Positions 19,738-29,353 of a stretch of DNA of 64,000 nt are shown here, piece by piece; the first letter of the stretch is position 1; the number at the start of each line of letters is the position of its first letter. The notes below the pieces were generated by a model. That model saw only the letters and a program-made list of their open reading frames with translations, searched no databases and was not told the origin of the DNA. The DNA comes from Candidatus Bathyarchaeota archaeon (lineage in GTDB: Archaea; Thermoproteota; Bathyarchaeia; Bathyarchaeales; Bathycorpusculaceae). The stretch covers positions 1 to 64,000 of the forward strand of contig CAWHXY010000004.1 of the NCBI GenBank assembly GCA_963833575.1, in the 5' to 3' direction. Made by a program: the position numbers and the translations under genes.

Positions 19738-20424
19738 TTATTTAGCCAAGTAACGCAAAAACCAGCTTGTTGAGATCTTGGCGACTTCTTCAAGTGTTCC
19801 GGGTTCTTCAAATAGATGGGTTGCGCCGGGAATAATTACGAGTTTCTTTACGGCAGTCATTTGCTCCATTGCCTCTCTGTTTAGTTCGATTACTTCTATG
19901 TCGGAGCCTCCAACCAGCAGAAGCATTGGCACCTTCACTTGAGGAAGATAGTCAGTTGCTAGGTCGGGGCGTCCTCCACGTGAAACCACTGCTGCTATGT
20001 CACTTGGAAGTTTTGCTGCCGCAATCAAGGCTGCCGCGGCTCCTGTGCTTGCGCCGAAATACCCGAAACTGCAAGCGCGTGCAAACGGATCTTTCTTAAG
20101 CCACTCAGTAACCCCGATCAGACGACTAGCTAGTAAGGAAATGTTAAAGCGGTACTCAGCAGTTGCCATGTCTTGTTTTTCCTCTTTACTGGTTAACAAG
20201 TCAAACAACAAAGTTCCAATCTTGGCTTTATTGAATACATTGGCAACGTATTGGTTTCTTGGGCTAAATCTTCCGCTACCGCTACCATGAGCAAACAACA
20301 CAATACCTTTAGCATCAGAAGGAAGATTCAAGTTGCCCATCAAAACTACATTGTCTACGGGGATTTTTAGGTCGTTTTCCTTTTGAATCATGCCTTCACC
20401 ACTCCAACCTGCTTTTTGAGACAA
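19738..20424 (-). CDS. Dienelactone hydrolase-like alpha/beta hydrolase
   Basis: FAHGSGS.R.SPRN, GYFGASTG, VSRGGRPDLA, GATHLFEE. Confidence 0.9.
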   Translation of the reverse strand: MSQKAGWSGEGMIQKENDLKIPVDNVVLMGNLNLPSDAKGIVLFAHGSGSGRFSPRNQYVANVFNKAKIGTLLFDLLTSKEEKQDMATAEYRFNISLLASRLIGVTEWLKKDPFARACSFGYFGASTGAAAALIAAAKLPSDIAAVVSRGGRPDLATDYLPQVKVPMLLLVGGSDIEVIELNREAMEQMTAVKKLVIIPGATHLFEEPGTLEEVAKISTSWFLRYLAK

Positions 20425-21062
20425 TTCTGCTTGTTTTTCAAAAGAAGCTCAATTACCTCTTCATCAGTAGTCTGATTAAAATCAACGTAGAATTGGCCTA
20501 TGGCCTGAAAGTACTCTGGAGTATAGAGGCATACGACGCGGTCAGCTTGTTTGTTTAATTCTTCAATTGTAGATGGTGGAGCTACTGGGACAGCAACGAT
20601 GACTGTTCTTGCCCCTTTATTTTTTACAGAAGCCAACGCAGCCTTCATTGTCGACCCTGTAGCTATTCCATCGTCAACAGCGATAACATCTCGACCTTTC
20701 AAGTTGGGATAAGGCTCATTTCCCCGGTACACTTTGAGCCGCCGCTCAATTTCACTTTTTTGCCGAGAACTCTCTGCTCGTATGTAATCCTGAGAAACCC
20801 CAAGATAAGAAACCAAGCGTTCATCAAGAATTATTGTACCATCTTCAGTCATGGCACCAATCGCTAATTCAGCATTATCAGGCGCACCAATCTTTCGAGG
20901 AATAATAACATCCAACGGCAAACTAAGTTCATCAGCAATCTCATAGCCCACAACTACTCCACCCCGTGGAATCGCAAGAACAATAGCGTTTTTACCTGCA
21001 AAATGACAAAAAGCCAAAGCCAAACGTTTTCCCGCTTCTACACGGTCAGCAAAATAGGCCAT
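20388..21062 (-). CDS. Phosphoribosyltransferase family protein
   Basis: F.DR..AG..LA, PRGGV, VDDGIATG.T. Confidence 0.9.
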   Translation of the reverse strand: MAYFADRVEAGKRLALAFCHFAGKNAIVLAIPRGGVVVGYEIADELSLPLDVIIPRKIGAPDNAELAIGAMTEDGTIILDERLVSYLGVSQDYIRAESSRQKSEIERRLKVYRGNEPYPNLKGRDVIAVDDGIATGSTMKAALASVKNKGARTVIVAVPVAPPSTIEELNKQADRVVCLYTPEYFQAIGQFYVDFNQTTDEEVIELLLKNKQNCLKKQVGVVKA

Positions 21063-21177
21063 ATCTTACTCCTCAGAAAAACTTAGCAATTGGATAATAA
21101 GTGGATTGAAATATAAAAAGTGGTTGACTGAAATATAGTCGCTTTCCTACGTTTCAATAAGTAAAATATTTTCGAAT

Positions 21178-23631
21178 CTATGTTTTTTTGGTTAGTTGCA
21201 TGTTTTCTTTGTCAAAGTTGAATTCACCAAACCTTTGCAAATAGTAGAGTCTTAAGTATTCACCGGCGAATTTAGGTTGGAAAGGCAAATCCTTAGCTGA
21301 AAGCTGCTCCTTTTGTTTTAGTTGTTCTTCAATGGCTGCCGCCGCAATTGGGTAGTTGAGCAAAAACTCTTTTCGCTCATTATAAACCACCAATGTCTGA
21401 ACTGACTCATCCACGTAGGAAAGGTATGTTGGTAAATGCTCCATTATTTGGTTAATTTTATCGCTTAGGGGATTTGCAAGAGTTTCCATAACTTTCTTTA
21501 AGCGTTCGTCTAAATTGCTGTTTTTCTCCCAAGGATAATCTTCAGTAGGAAGCAAACGCTCAATTGCCTTGTCATCGCTAATAAGTTCAGCATTAAGCAT
21601 AGAAAGCAAATCTTCAGCCATACCTAGGACAGATGAAACATCATCTTTTAAGGTTACAACATCCAAAATATTCAGCTGATCTGTCTCGGAATTTTTCTTC
21701 AAAGTCAATTTCATCGTTTCAGCTTTCTTGGCGTATCCAAGAACTCTTGGCAGATTTTCACGGAAAATCGGCTGCAAAACCTCGCCCTCACTACTCAAAT
21801 TAGCTATTGACGTTAACGAGCTCTCAAGATACTTCATCGACGCCAAGATTTCAGTGCCATACTGTCTCTTCCAATTATTTAGTGCATTATGCAAGGCCTC
21901 AATGGCAATCCACGGCGATTCTTTTTGTTCTATCTTTTGCCTTGCGAATTCTATTGCTCCGTTTTTTTCTGGGAGACCTGGATCATACAAAGGCCGGATA
22001 ACTCCGTAAACGGGCTCTGCAACTCCGAGAACGCTTTTGGCCAGAGCTCGACTTCCTTCCAAGATTCTTTTGATAGTTTCTATACGCTGTTCAATTGGCA
22101 TGTCTATTTGGAAGTCAGCGTTCAAATTGGATTCTACTTTTAAGCCGCTGCCTTCGAGTTTCCCTATCCAATTTGAGAGTTCGCAGTTAGCAAAAATCTG
22201 GTATTCTGAAAGAATCTTGTTAAATTCTGATTCTATATCGTCAATGTTTTTGTTAAATTTCTTGAGTTCCTGGAATTTCTCGTTTAATTCGGCAGGTTCA
22301 TAGTAGTGCTCGGCGAATTTCTTGAGGGTGTCTTCAAGTGAATCTTTGATGATTAACAGTTTTCCTTCAGGGGAGGAAACAACCACAGGAATATTCGCTT
22401 TAACGTTGTTCATTTGATCTTCAAAAACTTGTAGTCTACCCATAAGTGCTTGAGCTTTCTCAGTGATCTCTGAGTTTGTGGTTGTCTGTTTAGGAGTACT
22501 GCTCATGAATACAGCTGGAAAAGTAAACAATAGCGTAGCCAAAATCCCAAACACCATCGTTCCCCCGCTGACATTTGCCGTAAAAGCTAAACCAGTTTGA
22601 AGAGCACTCAGAAAAATAAAGAAAAAGGCTGCAGCACAAGTCGCAATAAAACATGGAATAAGCCGATCAGCAAAGGATCCGCTTCCCTGTGAAACCAATA
22701 GCCTAGAGAAAAAAACAAGCGCCAGAGAAAGCCCTGCTACAATGACTACAAACATTAGAATACCAGGAACAGAATCACGGTACTGTATTAATGCATCAGT
22801 AAGAGTGCGCCCATTAAAATTGGGATTCCAAGTTAACTGGCCTGTTATTGTGTAGACCGCTTGCGATGCATCATATAATCGAAACTGACTCATGGATGTA
22901 TTGAGGTCTGCAAGAATTGAGTTTAAAGGTACAAAAACAGGTGGAGCTGACCCAGGCTCAAGCCACCATTGAGGGGCAGCTATGATTGCAACAGTATACT
23001 TGAAGTACTGAATAATTTGCAAGGGCACCGTGAGCAAAACGTAATAGACGATTGTTAGGCCTACCTGCTTTTTAAAAAATACTGCCGAGGTCAAAATTAA
23101 TGGAATAGCCAAAAAATATGTTTGCGTAGAGAAAAGACTTACGAAAGCCAATATACCAAAGTCAATAGCAAGAGCACTTTTGTAACGTTGAAAAATTACT
23201 GGCAAAGCGATAAACAAAGCCATCCACACAACGATTACTGCTATTCGAATATTTTCTGCCCCTAAGAAGGAAAAAAAGTACAAATCAGCTAAATGATAGA
23301 TCAAGCCTAATCCAATAACCGCTCCGCCAATAGGCATTCCAAACCTTGGATCCCTAAAAGTTACAAAACCGACTAGAACAGCAATTATAATTGGCAGCGG
23401 CTGAGGAAAAAGGGGTAACAAAGACATTCCGAGCGCCATAGCGACAAGCGTTAAGGAAGCAGTGATAATCTTAAGCGAAGTTGGCTCTGAAATGCGCTCC
23501 TGTTCTTTCTTCTCTAACCTTTTCTTCTTAACTCCGCTGTACCATCCCTTCAAACTTTTAGTTTTAGGGTTGGGTTTTTCTTGAACTTCCTTTTTGTCTT
23601 GTACTTTCTTTTGGCGACTAAACCATTTCAA
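21178..23631 (-). CDS. Polytopic membrane protein with large C-terminal helical/coiled-coil domain
   Basis: Basic N-terminus, about 9-10 hydrophobic segments to ~aa 375, then ~440 aa of charged helical sequence. Confidence 0.75.
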   Translation of the reverse strand: MKWFSRQKKVQDKKEVQEKPNPKTKSLKGWYSGVKKKRLEKKEQERISEPTSLKIITASLTLVAMALGMSLLPLFPQPLPIIIAVLVGFVTFRDPRFGMPIGGAVIGLGLIYHLADLYFFSFLGAENIRIAVIVVWMALFIALPVIFQRYKSALAIDFGILAFVSLFSTQTYFLAIPLILTSAVFFKKQVGLTIVYYVLLTVPLQIIQYFKYTVAIIAAPQWWLEPGSAPPVFVPLNSILADLNTSMSQFRLYDASQAVYTITGQLTWNPNFNGRTLTDALIQYRDSVPGILMFVVIVAGLSLALVFFSRLLVSQGSGSFADRLIPCFIATCAAAFFFIFLSALQTGLAFTANVSGGTMVFGILATLLFTFPAVFMSSTPKQTTTNSEITEKAQALMGRLQVFEDQMNNVKANIPVVVSSPEGKLLIIKDSLEDTLKKFAEHYYEPAELNEKFQELKKFNKNIDDIESEFNKILSEYQIFANCELSNWIGKLEGSGLKVESNLNADFQIDMPIEQRIETIKRILEGSRALAKSVLGVAEPVYGVIRPLYDPGLPEKNGAIEFARQKIEQKESPWIAIEALHNALNNWKRQYGTEILASMKYLESSLTSIANLSSEGEVLQPIFRENLPRVLGYAKKAETMKLTLKKNSETDQLNILDVVTLKDDVSSVLGMAEDLLSMLNAELISDDKAIERLLPTEDYPWEKNSNLDERLKKVMETLANPLSDKINQIMEHLPTYLSYVDESVQTLVVYNERKEFLLNYPIAAAAIEEQLKQKEQLSAKDLPFQPKFAGEYLRLYYLQRFGEFNFDKENMQLTKKT

Positions 23632-23730
23632 CTTGACTTTGATCTTCTCTCTTCCCTCTTTAAAGAGTGAATACCTAAAGCCTTATTTTACCATACTCTT
23701 CTTAAGCTTATCTGGAAAAAAGCGCTTGAA

Positions 23731-25488
23731 GTGGTAACTTTGCCTAAAAGAAAACTGCCTAAGTTATGGTTCTCAAAGAATGACTATAAGAAAGAGCGAG
23801 AAAATGAAAGTAAAAAACTTTCTGAAGAACTCCAAAATGATGACGGGACCAAAACAACTATAAAAGGTGAAACGGCAGAGCTACTTAGAATGGAAAATCA
23901 GACTCAGCCAAATGACAAAGAAAACAACACACAACAACCTAGCGATGCAAATCCACTGGCTGAAAAAGAAAATCAATTCACAACTCCAAGTGGTAACAGC
24001 ACCCAACCAAATGAAACACCTGCTGTTTCAACCGAAAATCAGACGAAACAACTTGAAAATGATAACGAGTCAGAACCTCAGCCAGTCAACGAGCCACTAT
24101 CAGCTCAAAGTGATACTCGGGAAATCGTTCCAGAAAGCGAAAACAAACTGGAACCTATCGCAGCTGCTTCAACTCTGACAGAAAGCCCTCAGGATATAAT
24201 CGAACCCCCAAAAGAAAATGAGAATAAAGAAGCAACACCCGAACTTAAAATCAATGCAATATCTATCGAAACACCCATTCAAATTGAAAATGAAGGAGCA
24301 CCCCCCGAAGCCATTGCACCCATTGTAGCGGTAATTGAATCAACTCCATCTAAATTAGAAAACAATGTTGCTTTAATTGAAAGCGGAGAGAAAATAGAAA
24401 AAAATTCTGTCACCCTTAAGCATCTCCCTCCGACGAGGGCAGTTGTATGCATTGGTGAATATCCAATAAACATTGTTTTGAAAGGTGTGTTCTCTGGCAT
24501 GAAAGACCAAGACATATTGCCCATTTTTGTTGAAAAATCCATCAAGGATGTGATCAAATGGAGCAAAGGGCGGCTTGACAAAAACAATATTGCCAGCTTG
24601 GACGAGGATATTGACACTCATTTCTGGTATGATCTTTTTCCGCATATAGTTGACAAAGAAAGCTTTTTTGCACACATAAAAAACATGCCTGTAGAAAAGC
24701 TTCGAAGTGCTATATTTGTTTCGGCAACTTGGAGTGGCATTGGAAGTGCTTTATTTCCAACTATAAGTTCTCAATTCAAGGAATGGAACATAAAGACAGC
24801 AGGTTTAGCGATTTTACCATCAAAAGCGCAGCCACTGGATGGTCAATTCAATAGTCTTGCGTCCATCGGCATCTACACTTCAAAAGAAGCAACAACGCTT
24901 ATACTTATTGACAGAGATAACCTTGAAGATTACACAGGTGTTGACAGAAGCGGCAACACTATAAGCGGCAATACTGCTGCGAATTACCTTCTTGATCTAA
25001 TGTTAACTAAAGAAACGTTTGTGCAAGAACTTTCTGAATTGTCTGAATCATTTAGTTCTAAAATATTCACCGTTCTATTGGCATCAGGAGAAAGCTTGAA
25101 AATTTACGGTTCAATAGAAAATATCCTTAACACAGCCTTACTTAAACCTCTTTTCACTTTTGACCTGTCAAGTGCGACATTACTTTATGTTCTTGTCCGA
25201 ATGCCATTTCAACTAAAAGACAAGCTACCGAGAGGAAAAATCGAGCTATCAATAGCTAACTGGTTTAAGGATAAAGCAAATCTTGAATCTATCTACGTAA
25301 GTGACCCTGTTTACGTGGAAGATAGCAGTGATCGAATTGACATAGGGCTATTTGTGGGCGGCTTTGAGACTGCGTCAAGGTTTACCGCACTGGACAAAAA
25401 AATTATAAAAGTGAAAAATCAAGCTATTAAAAAAGGCTCGATTACAGAGGAAGATTGGCAAATAATTGTCAAAAGTCTAGTGGAATAA
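23731..25488 (+). CDS. Degenerate tubulin/FtsZ-fold protein with acidic disordered N-terminus
   Basis: After ~230 aa rich in E/P/N/Q: 'VVCIGEYP.NI', 'SATWSGIGSALFP', 'GLAILP', 'LILIDRDN', 'AL.KPLF.FDLSSA..LYVLV', 'IGLFVGG' in tubulin/CetZ order. Confidence 0.6.
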   Translation: MVTLPKRKLPKLWFSKNDYKKERENESKKLSEELQNDDGTKTTIKGETAELLRMENQTQPNDKENNTQQPSDANPLAEKENQFTTPSGNSTQPNETPAVSTENQTKQLENDNESEPQPVNEPLSAQSDTREIVPESENKLEPIAAASTLTESPQDIIEPPKENENKEATPELKINAISIETPIQIENEGAPPEAIAPIVAVIESTPSKLENNVALIESGEKIEKNSVTLKHLPPTRAVVCIGEYPINIVLKGVFSGMKDQDILPIFVEKSIKDVIKWSKGRLDKNNIASLDEDIDTHFWYDLFPHIVDKESFFAHIKNMPVEKLRSAIFVSATWSGIGSALFPTISSQFKEWNIKTAGLAILPSKAQPLDGQFNSLASIGIYTSKEATTLILIDRDNLEDYTGVDRSGNTISGNTAANYLLDLMLTKETFVQELSELSESFSSKIFTVLLASGESLKIYGSIENILNTALLKPLFTFDLSSATLLYVLVRMPFQLKDKLPRGKIELSIANWFKDKANLESIYVSDPVYVEDSSDRIDIGLFVGGFETASRFTALDKKIIKVKNQAIKKGSITEEDWQIIVKSLVE

Positions 25489-25521
25489 AAGGATAGGAAA
25501 AAAAGGAGTTACAGCTCCTCT

Positions 25522-28188
25522 TTACTTTGTGTTGTTATTGCCGTTTCCATTCAGTTGTTTGATTATTTGTGTTGCTGAAACGCCATGCTCGAGTAGGTAT
25601 GATCTTGAGAGATGTCTTTCAAAATCGTTTGATTTGTTGTAAAGCAGCTGCATTTCGTCGAAGGATTCCATGTCCTCTGGTTTTCCTCTGCCGCCGACAA
25701 CTAGCACTCGAGTTGTCCAAGGATCTCTGGATTCAACGACACGGACTGTAATGGTTCTTGATACTTCGCTCGTTACGTATCCTGCTAATGCGGTGTAAAT
25801 TTCTTGAGACATGTCTTCGGTCCACATATTTGGAGGCGATTGTATGGTAACCCATATATAATCTGTCTTGTAAGTCGGCTTGTAGCCCATAACGCTTGGT
25901 GTTTTGAAAACTCTAACGATGCTTTTCAAGTAGTCTTTGAAGTGTTCCATGTCAAGAATGTCTTTAAATATTACTTCTCTTGTTAGGTTTTCTTCTTGTT
26001 CAGTCAATATTTTGAAGATTATCTTTAGCTGTTCACTTTCTGTCAGGTCAGCTGATTTTTCAAAGTATTTCTTAGGGGCAACAATTTCAGCAATCATTTC
26101 GTTGTACTCTTTGCTTATATCAGCGATTTTGGTCAGTCTCTTACGATATTCTGATGTGAGTTCAAATCTTTTTGTCAATTTTTCGTAGAGTTTGATTGTG
26201 CTGTCAACTTTGTTTAGGTTATCAATCACAAAAGATTCTTCTTGCTCTATCCGTTTGAGCTCACGGTCCAAATCTAATAGCTGTTCTCTAGCATACCGTT
26301 TGCCGCCGAAAAGTTTTCTAAGCTGCCGCTCCATCTTTTCTTTGTCGAATTCCTTACGTTTCTTTGTCTCTTGTACTCTCATGACTTCGTTGTCAAAGTT
26401 GCCTCTTTTCTGCATGCGTTTCGCGAGGATTTCATTTATGAAAGTCATGTGCTCATCTATCATTTTTGCTTCGTCGTAGGGTGTTCTAAGCATCAGTTGA
26501 ATCACGAGGTAAATCGTGGAGAGTTCTGCTTGGATATCTCTTAAGTCGTCTAATTCTGCCTGGCACTCTGGGAGCACTTCGTAATATCTTATTAAGGCGT
26601 CAGTTAAGTAGCGGGTTTCATCATAGGATTTCATCAAGTCAAGCGACTTCTCAGCAATTTCTGCTAGATTCACCAAGTCATCCAGAATCTTTTTCTGCCT
26701 AACCGTGAACATTTGCGAGGTAGGAATTAATTGAGCAAGCCTTTCGAGGATCGTTGCTTTTCTTTCACGAAACTCTAGGTGATTCTTTGTTAGGTTGTTT
26801 AGCAAGACTTCCAGGTTGTCGAGTTTTCTTGAGCCTTCTTTCCGCAAAGTTAAATTAATTATTGCGTCTTCAATTGGTCCTGTCTTGCCCATCAGTTTAA
26901 TGGTCGAGAGAAACTTCATAATTTCGCTGAGCCAGTTCTTAACTTGTATTTCAACACCTTTAACATGTAATGTTGTGTCATCTTCAAGGCGTGGATTGCT
27001 GTTGATAACTGTTTTAAGTTTTTCTTCAAACTGTTCTTCGTTGTAGGTACCTGTTTTTATCAAGTAATTCTTGAATAATTCCCTTGTTACGTCGTGATCT
27101 ATGTTAATGACATCGCCTATTTCATTGAGTATTAGAAGTTTTTCTTTTCGTGATTCTTGCATGAGTTGGAGTCCTTCAAAATTAAGCTTGTATGCGGAAA
27201 TGTACTCTTCTACTGGGTACATGACTTTCATCATGCCCAAAGTGTGCGCTGAATTGTTTGTGAGTCCAACTTCAGTGCCGATTCCACCCATCAGATCCGC
27301 CAAGTCAAAGTCCATTAAAGTATAAAGCATGTCTACAACCATGTCGTCCATTTCTCTTCGGGCGCTAACAATGTTACCTACTTTTGAGTAAGCCGGCAAA
27401 AGTGGCAAGTAAATTAGAGCATTGAGTGGGTTGCGATAAAGGTCACCGTATTCCTTGCATACATATTCATTATAGTCTTTATTTAGCCAAAGTGATAGTT
27501 CATTCATTGCCACAAATGCGGAGCATCCTTTTGCTGGCGGGTCATCTCCGCCGCATGGTGTGACAACAAATGCGATAATCGGAACTCCCGAACCTAGGAC
27601 TTTTCGAAGATGTCTGGCGAAATCAAAGAATACACCGCTTCCAGTGCCACCGCCTAAACCGTAGACTAGAACGACTGTGGGAGTGACTATTGAGGAGAGT
27701 GCCTGCTCTTTGAACGAGTTTATTGCGTTTTTAATTATGCCTAGTTGATAATAGTTTAAAGCGTAGATTGCTTTGGCTAGGGCTCTTCTTCTGCCTGCGC
27801 CACCGGCCATTGGTGGAATAGCCATTGTTGATTGGAGCCAAGGGGAGTAGTTTTTGAGTTTTGCGCCTTCACCTATTATGTATTCTCCGTATTTTTGGTT
27901 GATGAAGTCAAACATTGCTTCAGCTGTTGGGAATTTTACTGATTGGGCGACAAGGCGCATTCTTTCTGCCGGTATCCCTGCTTTAACCATTGCTTTTTGG
28001 ATTTGCTCGTTCTTTTCTTGTAGGCTTCTGATTTCTGGGTCAGCGATGTCGATTGCTAAGAGAGAAAGCCTTGTGAGGTCATTCTCCATTAGCTCTTTTG
28101 TTTTTTTATTCGATAGGAAGGATTCAACGATGTTTGTTCCGGCTGAACCTAAGCCTATAAGTTGAACGCTGTTTTGGTAGATTCTCGT
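25522..28188 (-). CDS. Tubulin/FtsZ-like GTPase (FtsZl1/Tubulin_2-like) with long coiled-coil insertion; probable ACG start at 28188 (888 aa)
   Basis: In-frame upstream 'VQLIGLGSAGTNIV' T1 loop, 'AGGAGRRR', signature GLGGGTGSG, 'FDLADL', coiled coil, C-terminal 'RVLVVGG'. Confidence 0.85.
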   Translation of the reverse strand, partial: TRIYQNSVQLIGLGSAGTNIVESFLSNKKTKELMENDLTRLSLLAIDIADPEIRSLQEKNEQIQKAMVKAGIPAERMRLVAQSVKFPTAEAMFDFINQKYGEYIIGEGAKLKNYSPWLQSTMAIPPMAGGAGRRRALAKAIYALNYYQLGIIKNAINSFKEQALSSIVTPTVVLVYGLGGGTGSGVFFDFARHLRKVLGSGVPIIAFVVTPCGGDDPPAKGCSAFVAMNELSLWLNKDYNEYVCKEYGDLYRNPLNALIYLPLLPAYSKVGNIVSARREMDDMVVDMLYTLMDFDLADLMGGIGTEVGLTNNSAHTLGMMKVMYPVEEYISAYKLNFEGLQLMQESRKEKLLILNEIGDVINIDHDVTRELFKNYLIKTGTYNEEQFEEKLKTVINSNPRLEDDTTLHVKGVEIQVKNWLSEIMKFLSTIKLMGKTGPIEDAIINLTLRKEGSRKLDNLEVLLNNLTKNHLEFRERKATILERLAQLIPTSQMFTVRQKKILDDLVNLAEIAEKSLDLMKSYDETRYLTDALIRYYEVLPECQAELDDLRDIQAELSTIYLVIQLMLRTPYDEAKMIDEHMTFINEILAKRMQKRGNFDNEVMRVQETKKRKEFDKEKMERQLRKLFGGKRYAREQLLDLDRELKRIEQEESFVIDNLNKVDSTIKLYEKLTKRFELTSEYRKRLTKIADISKEYNEMIAEIVAPKKYFEKSADLTESEQLKIIFKILTEQEENLTREVIFKDILDMEHFKDYLKSIVRVFKTPSVMGYKPTYKTDYIWVTIQSPPNMWTEDMSQEIYTALAGYVTSEVSRTITVRVVESRDPWTTRVLVVGGRGKPEDMESFDEMQLLYNKSNDFERHLSRSYLLEHGVSATQIIKQLNGNGNNNTK

Positions 28189-28194
28189 AGCCTA

Positions 28195-29148
28195 TCACAT
28201 CCCGACTAATCTTTTAAGTCTGTCTTTGACTGATTCTAAGTTGGCTGACATTGCTCGATCGATTTTTGAAATGCGCAATGTTAAGCCTTCTAAGTCTTTG
28301 ATTTGGTCTTCAACGACAAGTTGGAAGTAGCTAACTTTACCCCTCACTCTAAACCATAAGAATGCGAATACAACTGCAACAACCGCGACAACTGCAATCA
28401 AAGGTAGAAACAACGCTTGAGCAGTTGAACTGGGTGGCGCATTAGCTGAATTTAAATCGTTTAGCATAGCTGTGGCATCTGTAACATCTCCTGCGTTGGC
28501 GACAGCTTGAGATTCATTAAGAACGCTTGTGTAAAGTTGAATGTACCCTGAATTAACTCCCGAGGAGATGAGTGAGTTCAGATTTGCATTCTTTTGGCTA
28601 TAAAGTGTTAGGAATGAAGCCATGCCAGCACTGGTTGAGTATGCCGTAATTTGAGAAAGTAAGCTTCCATCTGGGCCGTACAAGGAAACGACGTAAACTG
28701 GCGCTTCCCCTGTAGTAGAGGAGGGCGTAGGAACTATTCCGTAAACCGTCATAGTGAAGGTTCCTTGAACCCAAGCGAACTGTGCGTGATTTGAATTTGG
28801 ATTAAAGACATTGCCTAGAGTATAGTTTTGGGTCACAAGTTGCCAATATTCGCCTTGTAACAGCTGCCGTAAACTTGTTGAAAGCGAAAGGTCCCCAGAT
28901 CCACCAGTAAAAACGTTAACAGTGAACGTACAATAGATTTGTTGGCCAGGGCTTATCGGTCCAAGCGTCTGGTTCACTCCTTTGCTTGAATCATAATTAA
29001 CGAGAAGGCTTTTCGTGGTGTAATCATAAATTTGGTAACTGGTTATCCAACTGCCCCCTTGAGCTTTTACGGGTGAGAATGAAACTGATGATACATAGAT
29101 TGTGGTTAATAATAAAACGAGACTTATAGCCAAAATTTTCTTGTTCAT
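28195..29148 (-). CDS. Secreted single-pass membrane protein with cytoplasmic coiled-coil tail
   Basis: Signal peptide (..VKA|Q), beta-rich ectodomain, TM 'LFLPLIAVVAVVAVVFAFLWF', heptad tail. Confidence 0.75.
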   Translation of the reverse strand: MNKKILAISLVLLLTTIYVSSVSFSPVKAQGGSWITSYQIYDYTTKSLLVNYDSSKGVNQTLGPISPGQQIYCTFTVNVFTGGSGDLSLSTSLRQLLQGEYWQLVTQNYTLGNVFNPNSNHAQFAWVQGTFTMTVYGIVPTPSSTTGEAPVYVVSLYGPDGSLLSQITAYSTSAGMASFLTLYSQKNANLNSLISSGVNSGYIQLYTSVLNESQAVANAGDVTDATAMLNDLNSANAPPSSTAQALFLPLIAVVAVVAVVFAFLWFRVRGKVSYFQLVVEDQIKDLEGLTLRISKIDRAMSANLESVKDRLKRLVGM

Positions 29149-29353
29149 TGGTAATCCCTCATTATTTTAAATTGGATGATTGGATGATGCATATAACACT
29201 TGCGCTAAACCGCTTTGAAATAAAATTTTAGCAAAAATGGCTTTTCTACCCTTAAAAGTCTATTGCTTTACAAGTAAAACGGACATTGAGATCATTTCTC
29301 AGGGCAAAGCATAAGAGATTTTGTGCATAACAAATTGTCAGTGGTGGTTTAGG

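Noticed and set aside
28192-28197. Sec/Pyl readthrough fusing the membrane protein to the tubulin-like GTPase
   Set aside because: Requires decoding consecutive TGA and TAG; no supporting element seen; SD spacing favours independent initiation at ACG
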